From Vicinamibacteria bacterium (GTDB lineage Bacteria; Acidobacteriota; Vicinamibacteria; Marinacidobacterales; Marinacidobacteraceae): a stretch of 64,000 nt of DNA. The notes under the pieces were generated by a model. It searched no databases and was not told where the DNA came from. It saw only the letters and a program-made list of their open reading frames with translations. Position 1 is the stretch's first letter. Every line of letters starts with the position of its first letter. The stretch lies in assembly GCA_965199715.1 (NCBI GenBank), contig OZ241322.1, forward strand, positions 2,189,486 to 2,253,485, given 5' to 3'. This document shows, in pieces, positions 20,853 through 29,769 of this stretch. The position numbers and the translations under genes are program-made.

Positions 20853-22221
20853 CGTCCTCCGGCGCGAGCTGGCCGGGCTCGATGTCGCGCCGCTGACTTC
20901 GGGCGCGCTCGCCGGACGCTGGCGCAAGGCGTCGCTTCCGCCGCTGCCCGGCCCGTGCGAGCCCGGAGCGATCGCGCGGCTGCGCGAGAACCCGGGCGAC
21001 GCGGCCGAACAAGCCCGCGCCCGCGCCGCGGGCGACGAACTGGGGGCGTTCATCCGGGTGTGCGCCCCAGCGTCCGAGCGCGTCGAGGGGCCTCTCGCCG
21101 GGATCCCGTTCACGGTCAAGGACATCGTGGACGTGCGCGGGCTCCCGACGACCTCCGGTTCGCTCTTCCCCCGCGACGCCGAAGCGGACGCGCCGGCGTG
21201 GGCGCGGCTCGCCACCGCGGGCGCGATCCTCATCGGCAAGACGAACCTCCACGAGTGGGCGTTCGGGCTTACCGGCGAGAACCCGCACTTCGGAACGATC
21301 CGCAACCCGGCGGACCGCCAGCGGAGCGCGGGCGGCTCGTCGTCGGGGTCGGCCGCCGCGCTGGCCGCCGGAATCGGCTACGGCTCGATCGGCACCGACA
21401 CCGGCGGTTCCATCCGGATTCCGGGCGCGCTCACCGGAACCGCCGGCCTGAAGCCCTCGTACGGGCGGGTTTCCGCCGAAGGCGTGACTCCGCTCTCGTG
21501 GAGCCTCGACCACGTGGGGCCGATGGCCCGGACCGCCGCCGACCTCGACCTCATCTGGTCGGTTCTCGCCGGAGTCCCCGAGCGGGCGGCCACCCGGTCG
21601 CCCCGCCCGCTCGACGGAATCCGCCTCGGCGTTCCCGAGACCTTCTTCTTCGAGAATCTCGTCCCCGAGGCGAAGGCGGCGACGGAAGCGGCGATCCGCG
21701 CCCTCGAAGGCCTCGGCGCCGCGCCCGAATCGGTCGCGATCCCCGAAATCGCCCTCGCGGCCCCGGCGCGCAACCTGATCGCCTTCGCCGAGGCGGCGGC
21801 GTTCCATCGGGAGCGCATGCGCCAGCGCCCCGGCGACTTCGGCGCCGACGTGCGGCGGAATCTCGAGGCCGGGGGCCGGATCGCGGCGGACGACCTCATG
21901 GCGGCGCTCTCGGCGCGGCGCCTCGTGACCGACGCCGTCTCGCGGACGCTGCGCGACGTGGACGCCCTCGTGGTCCCGACCGCGCCGACGGGCGCGCCCC
22001 GCATCGGGGCGGCCGAGCTGGACAACGGCGAGCCGGTCCGTCCGGGGCTGATGCGGCTCGTCGGCCCGTTCAACCTGACCGGACACCCGGTCGCGCAGGT
22101 TCCGGCCGGCCGGGACGCCGCCGGGCTCCCGCTCGGGGTCCAGATCGTCGGGCCGCACGGCGGCGAGGATCGCGTCCTCGGGATCGCCCGATGGCTGGAG
22201 GCGGTACATTCCGCAAGGTGA
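20845..22221 (+). CDS. Amidase-signature family amidase
   Basis: 458 aa. Motifs GPLAGIPFTVKDIVDVRGLPTTSGS and GGSSSGSAAALAAGIGYGSIGTDTGGSIRIPGALTG (Ser-cisSer-Lys catalytic region). Confidence 0.8.
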   Translation: MADVLRRELAGLDVAPLTSGALAGRWRKASLPPLPGPCEPGAIARLRENPGDAAEQARARAAGDELGAFIRVCAPASERVEGPLAGIPFTVKDIVDVRGLPTTSGSLFPRDAEADAPAWARLATAGAILIGKTNLHEWAFGLTGENPHFGTIRNPADRQRSAGGSSSGSAAALAAGIGYGSIGTDTGGSIRIPGALTGTAGLKPSYGRVSAEGVTPLSWSLDHVGPMARTAADLDLIWSVLAGVPERAATRSPRPLDGIRLGVPETFFFENLVPEAKAATEAAIRALEGLGAAPESVAIPEIALAAPARNLIAFAEAAAFHRERMRQRPGDFGADVRRNLEAGGRIAADDLMAALSARRLVTDAVSRTLRDVDALVVPTAPTGAPRIGAAELDNGEPVRPGLMRLVGPFNLTGHPVAQVPAGRDAAGLPLGVQIVGPHGGEDRVLGIARWLEAVHSAR

Positions 22222-23006
22222 AGCTGCTCGAAGGGAAACGAGGTCTGATCGTCGGGGTAGGGAACCGGCGGTCCTTCGCGTGGGGCGTGGCGCAGGCGGC
22301 GGCCCGCGAGGGCGCCCGGCTCTCGCTGAGCTTCCAGAACGAGCGGCTGGGCCGCAACGTCAACAAGCTGGCGGCCGGGATCCCGGGTACCGGGACGCTG
22401 CCGCTCGACGTGGCCGACGACGCCCAGTTGGACGCGGCGGTGGAGTCGGTCCGCGAGCAGCTCGGCGGCCTCGACTTCCTCGTCCACTCGGTGGCCTTCG
22501 CGCCCCGCGACGAGCTCGTCGGCGCCTTCGCCGCGACCTCGCGCGGCGGCTTCGGCCTCGCGCTGGACATATCTGCCTACTCGCTGACCGCGCTGACGGC
22601 GCGGTTCCGCTCGATGCTCGGCGAGGACGACGGCGGCGCGGTGGTCACGCTGTCGTACCTCGGGGCGGAGCGGGCGTTTCCGAACTACAACGTCATGGGG
22701 GTCGCCAAGTCGGCGCTCGAGTCCTCGGTGCGCTACCTCGCGAGCGACCTCGGCCCCGAGGGGATCCGGGTGAACGCCATCTCCGCGGGGCCGGCGAAGA
22801 CGCTGGCGTCGTCCGCCGTCGGCGGGATTTCGCGGATCGTGGACCACTACCGCGCCCACGCCCCGCTCCGCCGCGCCACGACCCCCGACGAGGTGGGGGA
22901 CGCGGCCGCCTTCCTGCTCTCGCCGCTGGCGCGCGGCGTGACCGGCGAGGTCCTGCACGTGGACAGCGGCTTCCACGCGATCGGCGCGACGCTCGGCGAT
23001 GGCTGA
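22218..23006 (+). CDS. fabI: Enoyl-[acyl-carrier-protein] reductase (NADH) FabI
   Basis: GTG overlaps the amidase stop (GTGA). MKLLEGKRGLIVGVGNRRSFAWGVAQAAAREGARL, then the Tyr-x6-Lys region (YNVMGVAKSALESSVRYLA) and the NAISAGP motif. Confidence 0.85.
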   Translation: MKLLEGKRGLIVGVGNRRSFAWGVAQAAAREGARLSLSFQNERLGRNVNKLAAGIPGTGTLPLDVADDAQLDAAVESVREQLGGLDFLVHSVAFAPRDELVGAFAATSRGGFGLALDISAYSLTALTARFRSMLGEDDGGAVVTLSYLGAERAFPNYNVMGVAKSALESSVRYLASDLGPEGIRVNAISAGPAKTLASSAVGGISRIVDHYRAHAPLRRATTPDEVGDAAAFLLSPLARGVTGEVLHVDSGFHAIGATLGDG

Positions 23007-24222
23007 CGAGCTCATCTACGACTGGAACCGGCCGGATCCCGAAAACGTCTGGAAGCCGCGGAACCCGGTCCTGCTGAACGACGAGACGCTCCGGGACGGG
23101 CTCCAGAGCCCGTCGGTGGTCTCGCCGCCCATCGAGCAAAAGGTCCGGGTGCTGCATCTCATCGACGCGCTCGGCGTCCAGTCCGCCGACATCGGCCTGC
23201 CGGCGGCGGGGCCCCACGTGGAGTCGCAGGTGCTCCGCCTCGCCCAGGAGATAGTGAGCGCGAAGCTGCAAGTCCGCCCCAACTGCGCCGCCCGGACGCT
23301 CGTCGCCGACATCGAACCCATCCACCGGGTCTCCGAGAAGGTCGGCATCCCGATCGAGGTGGCCGCCTTCATCGGCTCCAGCCCGATCCGCCAGTACGCC
23401 GAGGAGTGGGATCTCGACTTCCTGCTGCGCCAGACCGAGAAGGCGGTGACGTGGTCGGTGCAGCGCGGGCTTGCGGTGGAGTACGTCACCGAGGACACGA
23501 CCCGCGCCCGCCCCGAGACCGTCCGCAAGCTGTATCTGGCCGCGATCCGCTGCGGCGCCCGTCGCGTCGTGGTCTGCGACACCGTCGGCCACGCGACTCC
23601 CGACGGCGTGACCCGGCTCATCCGATTCGTGCGCGAGGTGATCGACGAGAGCGGCGCCGACGTGCAGCTCGACTGGCACGGCCATCGGGATCGAGGCCTT
23701 TCGGTGCCCAACAGCCTGACCGCGATCGAGGCCGGGGCCGACTGCGTCCACGGCACCGCCATCGGCATCGGCGAGCGCTGCGGGAACACCCCGATGGACC
23801 AGCTCCTCGTGAACCTGAACCTGCTCGGTTGGACCGACAACGACCTGTCGGCGCTGCGCGACTACTGCGAGGCGGTCGCCGAGGCCACCGGAGTTCCCAT
23901 TCCCGCGGGGTACCCCGTCGTCGGTCGCGACGCCTTCCGGACCGGGACCGGGGTCCACGCCGCGGCCATCATCAAGGCGAGGGAGAAGGGCGACGACTGG
24001 CTCGCCGACCGGGTGTATTCGGGAGTCGCCGCCGGCGACTACGGGCTCCGCCAGAAGGTCGAGGTCGGGCCGATGAGCGGTCTCGCGAACGTGACGTACT
24101 GGCTGCGCCAGCACGGCCACGCCGCCACGGACGAGCTGGCCGCGAGGGTGTTCCGCGCGGCGAAGAGCGCCGACCGGGTGCTCACCGACGCCGAGATCGA
24201 GGGAGTCGTCAGGAGCGGCTGA
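22999..24222 (+). CDS. HMGL-like / LeuA-family pyruvate-carboxyltransferase-domain protein (2-isopropylmalate / homocitrate / citramalate synthase-like paralog)
   Basis: 407 aa. DETLRDGLQS substrate-binding motif, HGHRDRGLSVPNSLTAIEAGADCVHGTAIGIGERCGNTPMDQLLVNL metal-site region. No C-terminal allosteric domain. 8-nt overlap with the fabI stop. Confidence 0.75.
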   Translation: MADELIYDWNRPDPENVWKPRNPVLLNDETLRDGLQSPSVVSPPIEQKVRVLHLIDALGVQSADIGLPAAGPHVESQVLRLAQEIVSAKLQVRPNCAARTLVADIEPIHRVSEKVGIPIEVAAFIGSSPIRQYAEEWDLDFLLRQTEKAVTWSVQRGLAVEYVTEDTTRARPETVRKLYLAAIRCGARRVVVCDTVGHATPDGVTRLIRFVREVIDESGADVQLDWHGHRDRGLSVPNSLTAIEAGADCVHGTAIGIGERCGNTPMDQLLVNLNLLGWTDNDLSALRDYCEAVAEATGVPIPAGYPVVGRDAFRTGTGVHAAAIIKAREKGDDWLADRVYSGVAAGDYGLRQKVEVGPMSGLANVTYWLRQHGHAATDELAARVFRAAKSADRVLTDAEIEGVVRSG

Positions 24223-25066
24223 CCGCGAGGCCCACGCCCTCGTGGATCAGCCGCGCGGCCAGCAGCAGCGTCCGCTGCTCGGCGTCCCCGCCCGGGCACG
24301 CCTCGACCACGTCCATCCCGGCGAGGCGGAACCGCCGCCCGATCTCGTGGACGAGGTCCAGCCCGGCGCGGGCGGAGAGTCCGCCGGGCACCGGATGCGC
24401 CACCGCCGGCGCGAAGGCCGGATCGAACCCGTCCATGTCGATCGTCAGGTACACGCGGGCGCCGTCGGGGAGATGGTCGAGGAACGACGTCCGGCGCGCG
24501 GCCTCCCGGGCGGTGATGGAGCGCACGCGGCCGGGATGGGCCTCGCGCAGCGCGAGCTGGACCGGGTTCTCCGTGCGGACCCCGATCTGGGTCACGCTGC
24601 GCACCCACGGGAACTCGAGCAGGCGCGCGGCGACGCAGGCGTGGGAGTCGCGGTTCCCCTCGAAGTCGGGATACATGTCGGGGTGCGCGTCCCACTGGAC
24701 CACGTGCAGGTCGCCCCGGCCCTCGAACGCGGCGACGAGCGGCGGAGTGATCGCGTGGTCGCCCCCCAGAACGAACGGAACCCGCCCGGCGTCCAGCTCG
24801 GGGGCGACGGCCTTCCGGTAGCGCTCCTTGTCGGATTGGAATCCCTCGGCCGAGGGTTCGAGGTCGCCGAGGTCGTACAGCGCTCCCGCGCAATCGACCA
24901 TCGCCTCGGTGCACGAGTTGTGGCAGTCGCCGTCGTAGGCGACCCGGATGGCCGGCGGGGCGTCGGAACAGGCGCTGCGGAAGGTGGACTGCGTGGCGTC
25001 CCGGACGCCGAGCAGCGAGGCGGGAGCGTCCGGATGCTTCGTGAGGAGGCCGGCGAACGGGATCAT
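24209..25066 (-). CDS. Ureohydrolase-family enzyme (agmatinase/arginase/formiminoglutamase-like)
   Basis: 285 aa. Mn-binding motifs GGDHAITPP, DAHPDMY, DMDGFDPAFAPAV. Its 3' end overlaps the LeuA-like gene by 14 nt (convergent). Confidence 0.8.
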   Translation of the reverse strand: MIPFAGLLTKHPDAPASLLGVRDATQSTFRSACSDAPPAIRVAYDGDCHNSCTEAMVDCAGALYDLGDLEPSAEGFQSDKERYRKAVAPELDAGRVPFVLGGDHAITPPLVAAFEGRGDLHVVQWDAHPDMYPDFEGNRDSHACVAARLLEFPWVRSVTQIGVRTENPVQLALREAHPGRVRSITAREAARRTSFLDHLPDGARVYLTIDMDGFDPAFAPAVAHPVPGGLSARAGLDLVHEIGRRFRLAGMDVVEACPGGDAEQRTLLLAARLIHEGVGLAVSRS

Positions 25067-25093
25067 CCGGCAAGGCTACTAAGCTCCCCGCCG

Positions 25094-26524
25094 ATGCCGA
25101 AGCCGCCGCGCCCCGCCGTCGGGGCGATGCTCGTTCGGGGCGGCCGGACGCTGCTCGTGCGGCGCTCGCCGAAGCTGCGCGCCTTCGCGAACTTCTGGGC
25201 GTTTCCCGGCGGCACAATCGCCCGGTCGGACTCCGGCCCCGCCGAGGCCGCCGCCCGGGAGGTCTTCGAGGAGACCGGAGTCCTGCTGGCGCGGGGCCGC
25301 GATCCCGCCGTCCCGCTGGACCCGCTGCGCCGGGCGCTGCTGGCGGAGGAGATTTCGTTCGCCGAGGCGCTGCGGCGGACCGGCGCGACGCTGCGCGACG
25401 CCGACTTCGTCGAGGTCGAGTCGCTCACCACCCCCGAATCCGCCCCGTATCGCTTCGAGACCCGGTTCTTCCGGCTGCCACTCCCCGACGACGCCGAGGT
25501 CTCCGTCTGGCCGGGCGAGATCGTGGACTCGGCGCTCGCGACCCCCGAGGAGGCGCTCGCCCGCTGGCGAGACGGCGCCATGGCGCTCGCGCCGCCGATC
25601 ATCGGTCTCCTCGAGCGCTGGTCGGACGACGACGCCCAGTACCGCGAGCGGAACCGCGTCGAGCGGGCGCGCCGCCCGGTCGTCCGGTTCTCGCCCGGAT
25701 GCGCGGTGATTCCGTGCCGGACGCGCACGCTCCCGCCGGCGACCCACACGAACGCGATCCTCATGGGGACCTCCCGGCGCTTCCTCGTGGATCCGGCGCC
25801 CGAGGATCCGGACGAACGAGCGATGCTCTTCGAACTGGTGGACCGCCTGCTCGGTGCCGACCGGCTCGAGGCGGTGCTGGTCACCCACCACCATCCGGAC
25901 CACGTGGGATCGGTCGCGGCGGCCGCCGAACGCTACGAAGTTCCCGTCGGGGCGCACCGAGAGACCCTCGCCCGGCTGCCGGCCTTTCCCGGCGCGACCC
26001 GCGCGCTGGACGAGGGCGACGTTCTCGATCTCGGGACCGCGCCCGACGGCTCGCCCGACTGGCGCCTTGGGGTCCAGTTCGTGCCCGGCCACGCGCCCGG
26101 GCACCTTGCGTTCGTCGAGAGCCGCTACGGCGCGATGATCCTTGGCGACATGGTCTCGTCGATCTCGTCGATCCTGATCTCGCCCGAAGACGGCGATCTG
26201 GGCCAGTACATGGATTCGCTGCGCCGCCTCGCCGGCGAGTGCCGGGGGATGGCGTATCCGGGCCACGGGACGCCAGTGGTCGATGGCCCGGGGCTGCTCG
26301 CGAAGCAGGTCAAGCACCGGGAAGCTCGGGAGGCGGCGGTGCTGGACGCGCTCGGGGAGCGTCCGGCCGCCCTCCGCGAGATCGGGTTGCGCGCGTATCC
26401 GGAAGTCCCCGAGTCGGGGCCGGTGCGCCGTATGGCCGAGACCGCGCTGACCTCCGGCCTGCTGAAGCTGGAGCGGGAGAATCGCGCGCGGCGCGGCGGG
26501 GACGGCTGGGCGCTCGCCGGCTGA
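25094..26524 (+). CDS. NUDIX hydrolase domain fused to MBL-fold metallo-hydrolase domain
   Basis: The N-terminus has the Nudix box (GGTIARSDSGPAEAAAREVFEETGVLL). The C-terminus has the MBL motif VLVTHHHPDHVGS plus downstream His (VPGHAPGHLAF, YPGHG). Starts 28 nt from the divergent agmatinase-like start. Confidence 0.75.
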   Translation: MPKPPRPAVGAMLVRGGRTLLVRRSPKLRAFANFWAFPGGTIARSDSGPAEAAAREVFEETGVLLARGRDPAVPLDPLRRALLAEEISFAEALRRTGATLRDADFVEVESLTTPESAPYRFETRFFRLPLPDDAEVSVWPGEIVDSALATPEEALARWRDGAMALAPPIIGLLERWSDDDAQYRERNRVERARRPVVRFSPGCAVIPCRTRTLPPATHTNAILMGTSRRFLVDPAPEDPDERAMLFELVDRLLGADRLEAVLVTHHHPDHVGSVAAAAERYEVPVGAHRETLARLPAFPGATRALDEGDVLDLGTAPDGSPDWRLGVQFVPGHAPGHLAFVESRYGAMILGDMVSSISSILISPEDGDLGQYMDSLRRLAGECRGMAYPGHGTPVVDGPGLLAKQVKHREAREAAVLDALGERPAALREIGLRAYPEVPESGPVRRMAETALTSGLLKLERENRARRGGDGWALAG

Positions 26525-26526
26525 AC

Positions 26527-27801
26527 CTACTCGGCCGTGCTGCCGGGCACTGTGTTCCCGGCGATCACGACGCGCTCGATCGTGCGCAGCGCCGCGATCC
26601 CGTCGAGTGGGTTCTCGCGCAACACGATGAAATCGGCCCACTTGCCGGGAACTAGCTCGCCCACTTCGTCAAAATCCAGACACCGCGCCGCGTCGCGGGT
26701 GGCCGAGAGGAGGATCTGTTCGGCGCTCAGCCCCGCCTCGGCCATCTCGGCGGTCTCGATGTGCTCGAAGTAGCCCTGGAAGCGCGCCGGCGGCCCGGTG
26801 TCGGTGCCGAACGCGATGGTCACCCCGGCGTCGGCCACGGCCTTCACGTTGGCCATCGCGATCGGGTAGTGCTCCCGATAGCCCTGCGCGGACGGGCTCG
26901 CGGCGACCCGCGCCATGCGCTCGGGATCCCGCAACTGGTCCAGCACCGCCGGATCGGCGTCCTTCAGGAAGAACGGGTCGTCGAAGAACTCGGGCACGTC
27001 GGCGTACACGAAGGTGGAGATCTCCCGCACCAGCGTGGGCACGTAGCAGACGCCCTTTTCCAGCATGAGGTCGAGAAACTCCTGATCGACCGGCTGGTCG
27101 CGCACGCTGTGGGCGATCAGCCCCGACCCCAGGCGCAGCGCCTCCTTCGCGTCGTCCAGGTAGAAGATGTGGGTCGTGACCCGCTTGCCGGCCTCGGCGG
27201 CGAGCGCCATGACCCGCTCGATGGTCTCCGACGGCACCCGCTCGTTCGCGCCGAGGTTCGTGTCGATCCGCATCTTGAGGAAGTCGGCGGGCAGCGCGAG
27301 GCTCTCGGTCACGATCGCCTCGGCCTCCTCGGGCGAGCCGCTCGAGACGATCCCCCCGCCGATCCAGATGCGGGCGCGGTCCAGCGACTCGTCCTGCTCG
27401 TCGCGCAGCGCCGCCGCCTCCGGCCCGTCGCCGCCCAGCGAGGCGATGCTCGTGACCCCGTAGCGGGCGTAGAGCGCGAGCTGCCGGACGAGGTTCTCGC
27501 GAGTGTAGTGCCCGCCTTCCAGACCCATCACGTCGCCCACGTGCCCGTGCGCGTTCACGAAGCCGGGAATGACGGTCATCCCCGAAAGGTCCGTCACCTC
27601 GGCCCCGGCGGGAACCTCGACCGCGCCCGCCGCCGAGACCCGTCCGTCGCGCACGACGAGAACCGCGTCCTCGACGGCAGCCGCGCCGGTCCCGTCCCAC
27701 AGCGTGATCCCGGTGTAGGCGGTGACTCCCTCGAGCGGGGGCGGCGGCTCGGGGCCGCAGCCGAGCAGGGCGATCAGGGCGAGGGGCAGGGAAAGGCGCA
27801 T
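26527..27801 (-). CDS. Amidohydrolase-family lipoprotein (COG1228 imidazolonepropionase / Xaa-Pro dipeptidase-like)
   Basis: Start taken at the internal Met giving MRLSLPLALIALLGCGPE (lipobox). Metal-site motifs IPGFVNAHGHVGD, THIFY, AFGTDTG. The IS256 element ends ~78 nt upstream of its start codon. Confidence 0.75.
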   Translation of the reverse strand: MRLSLPLALIALLGCGPEPPPPLEGVTAYTGITLWDGTGAAAVEDAVLVVRDGRVSAAGAVEVPAGAEVTDLSGMTVIPGFVNAHGHVGDVMGLEGGHYTRENLVRQLALYARYGVTSIASLGGDGPEAAALRDEQDESLDRARIWIGGGIVSSGSPEEAEAIVTESLALPADFLKMRIDTNLGANERVPSETIERVMALAAEAGKRVTTHIFYLDDAKEALRLGSGLIAHSVRDQPVDQEFLDLMLEKGVCYVPTLVREISTFVYADVPEFFDDPFFLKDADPAVLDQLRDPERMARVAASPSAQGYREHYPIAMANVKAVADAGVTIAFGTDTGPPARFQGYFEHIETAEMAEAGLSAEQILLSATRDAARCLDFDEVGELVPGKWADFIVLRENPLDGIAALRTIERVVIAGNTVPGSTAE

Positions 27802-27878
27802 GGGAACCTCCGGGGGCGGCTGAGCATATCCGTGGGCCGTAGTGCCTCCGGCGCTTTCGCCCGGAGAAGGGACTGTCC

Positions 27879-27899
27879 GTAATTCCGTGTTTGGGGGCC
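27879..27899. repeat. IS256-family left terminal inverted repeat
   Basis: GTAATTCCGTGTTTGGGGGCC pairs with the right end (16-nt perfect core TTCCGTGTTTGGGGGC... allowing 3 mismatches over 21 nt). Confidence 0.5.
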
Positions 27900-27926
27900 A
27901 TGGCATGAAGTCCGGGAGGACGAGGC

Positions 27927-29177
27927 GTGGCACGCGCACGACAGCTACGAGGGCCGCGCCCGCGGAAGGGGCGGATCAGCGACCGGCTGCTGGATGAGCT
28001 ACTGGCGGGGGAGGACCCGACCGAGGCCTTCCACGACGGGAAGCTGGTCGCCGAGTCGAAGAAGGCGCTCAGCGAGCGGATCCTCGGGGCCGAGATGGGC
28101 CCGCATCTGGACCGCAAGGCGGAGCGGGCGGCGGGGAACCACCGGAACGGGCACAACCGGAAGCGGGCGCTCGCGGGCGACGTGGAGCTGGATCTGGCGG
28201 CGCCCCGGGATCGCCACGGGACGTTCGAGCCGCAACTGGTGGAGAAGTGCGCCCGGCGGCTGCCGGGGTTCGACGAACAGGCGATCTCGATGTACGGGCG
28301 GGGGATGGCGACGCGGGAGATCCAGGGCCGCGTGGAGCAGTCGTACGGGATGAAGGCGTCGGCGGAGACGATCTCCGCGGCCACCGAAACGGTAGCGGAG
28401 GATGTCCGGGAGTGGCGCTCGCGCCCGCTGGAGGCGACCTGCGCGCTGGTGTTCTTCGACGCGCTGCGGGCGAAGATCCGGGACGGGGGCCTGGTGCGGA
28501 ACAAGGCGGCGTGCATGGCCATCGGGGTGACCTGCGGGGGCCGGAAGGAGGTTCTGGGGTTCTGGATCCAGGAGACGGAGGGGGCGAAGTTCCGGCTGGG
28601 GGTGATGAACGAGCTGAAGGGCCGGGGGGTCCGGGACGTGCTGATCGCGGTGGCGGACGGGCTGAAGGGCTTCCCGGAGGCGATCGAGGCGGCGTTCCCG
28701 CAGGCGCTCGTGCCGAAGTGCGTGGCGCGCCTGATCCGGCGGTCGCCGCGCTACGCGTCGCACAAGGAACGGCGGGAGCTGGCGGCGGCGCTGAAGACGA
28801 TCTGCCGCGCGGCGACGGAGGCGGCGGCGGAAGCGGCGCTGGACGCGGTGGAGGACGGGCCGTGGGGTCGGAAGCATCCGGCGATCCCGGCGATGTGGCG
28901 GCGTGCGTGGACGCAGGCGATCCCGTTCCTCGCGTTCTCGGAGCCGATCCGGCGGGCGATCTACACGACGAACGCGATCGAGAGCCGGAACAGTTCGGTG
29001 CGGCGTGCGGTGCGGACGCGGGGATGCTTCCCGCACGACCGTGCGGCGGCGAAGTTGATCTGCCTGGCGCTGCGGCGGGCGCAGGCGGCGTGGAAGCGGC
29101 CGCCGCGGTACTGGCGCGAGGCGCGGGCGGAGTTCGCGATCCGGTTCGGGGCGCGGTTCCAGCCGGATGACCCCTGA
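27927..29177 (+). CDS. IS256-family (Mutator-type) transposase
   Basis: 416 aa with hallmark IS256 transposase blocks (DRKAERAAGNHRNGHNRKRAL, DRHGTFEPQLVEK, DEQAISMYGRGMATREIQGRVEQSYGMKAS, VFFDALRAKIRDGGLVRNKAACMAIGVTCGGRKEVLGFW, DVLIAVADGLKGFPEAIEAAFP). GGGAGG RBS 8 nt before the GTG start. Confidence 0.9.
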   Translation: MARARQLRGPRPRKGRISDRLLDELLAGEDPTEAFHDGKLVAESKKALSERILGAEMGPHLDRKAERAAGNHRNGHNRKRALAGDVELDLAAPRDRHGTFEPQLVEKCARRLPGFDEQAISMYGRGMATREIQGRVEQSYGMKASAETISAATETVAEDVREWRSRPLEATCALVFFDALRAKIRDGGLVRNKAACMAIGVTCGGRKEVLGFWIQETEGAKFRLGVMNELKGRGVRDVLIAVADGLKGFPEAIEAAFPQALVPKCVARLIRRSPRYASHKERRELAAALKTICRAATEAAAEAALDAVEDGPWGRKHPAIPAMWRRAWTQAIPFLAFSEPIRRAIYTTNAIESRNSSVRRAVRTRGCFPHDRAAAKLICLALRRAQAAWKRPPRYWREARAEFAIRFGARFQPDDP

Positions 29178-29330
29178 GCGCCCGACGGCGAGTTCCCCTC
29201 GGCCTTCCTCCGCTCCGCCGACTCAGCCCGGATCGGCCCCGGCGCACCCTCGGCGGCCCGCCGTTCCGGCCCGGCTCACCCCGCTGGTACCGTCAGACGC
29301 GCCCTGGCGACGGGGGCGAAGAAACATCTA

Positions 29331-29351
29331 CGCCCCCAAACACGGGAATCC
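29331..29351. repeat. IS256-family right terminal inverted repeat
   Basis: CGCCCCCAAACACGGGAATCC is the reverse complement partner of the left IR. Confidence 0.5.
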
Positions 29352-29482
29352 TGATACCTCCGTTCAAGGATCTGCCCACCCGCGCGGCGGGAGTCCGCGA
29401 CGGCTACTCGCCAAGAACGCACGAACTGGGCCGACGCTACAAGGAGCGCTGTGACTTCGAATGCGGGTGCCGTGGGGTTCCG

Positions 29483-29734
29483 TTGACGAACGGGGACGCG
29501 AAACTCCTCGACTTGCACCACATCAACGGAGTGACGCAGGACAACAACTGGGCGAACCTCATGGCGCTATGCAAGCTGTGTCACGCGGGGCAGCCGCAGC
29601 ACGGCCGCCTGCAGGCGTCCGAGGAGGACGAACGTCGGATTCGCGAGCTGCGCAACCGCAAGAACGGGAATCGCGGCGAGGACGACCAACTCGGCCCGGC
29701 GGTGAGCGGACGCGGGGTAGGCTCCGCGCCGTGA
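29483..29734 (+). CDS. HNH endonuclease-domain protein, N-terminus apparently truncated or displaced by the IS256 insertion
   Basis: A complete HNH motif is present, but its first Cys pair lies upstream of the first canonical start: ...GVRDGYSPRTHELGRRYKERCDFECGCRGVPLTNGDAKLLDLHHINGVTQDNNWANLMALCKLCH. The frame is open back to the IS right IR at ~29352, with only CTG/ATA codons available. The track ORF begins at TTG 29483. Confidence 0.5.
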   Translation: MTNGDAKLLDLHHINGVTQDNNWANLMALCKLCHAGQPQHGRLQASEEDERRIRELRNRKNGNRGEDDQLGPAVSGRGVGSAP

Positions 29735-29769
29735 CCGTCTCCCCGGCCTCCGTCCTCGGCCGCCAGAGC

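Larger units (their letters stand above)
27879..29351. mobile_element. IS256-family insertion sequence (about 1.47 kb, single transposase ORF, imperfect terminal inverted repeats)
   Basis: Mutator/IS256-type transposase ORF flanked by imperfect ~21-nt inverted repeats: left gtaattccgtgtttgggggcc vs the reverse complement of the right end, ggattcccgtgtttgggggcg. No clean 8-bp target duplication is visible. The ends could extend a few nt further. Confidence 0.75.

Noticed and set aside
20660-20896. 78-aa ORF 20660..20896 overlapping the small membrane ORF in another frame
   Set aside because: Arg/Ala-rich. The overlapping 62-aa hydrophobic ORF plus the amidase start explain the region better.
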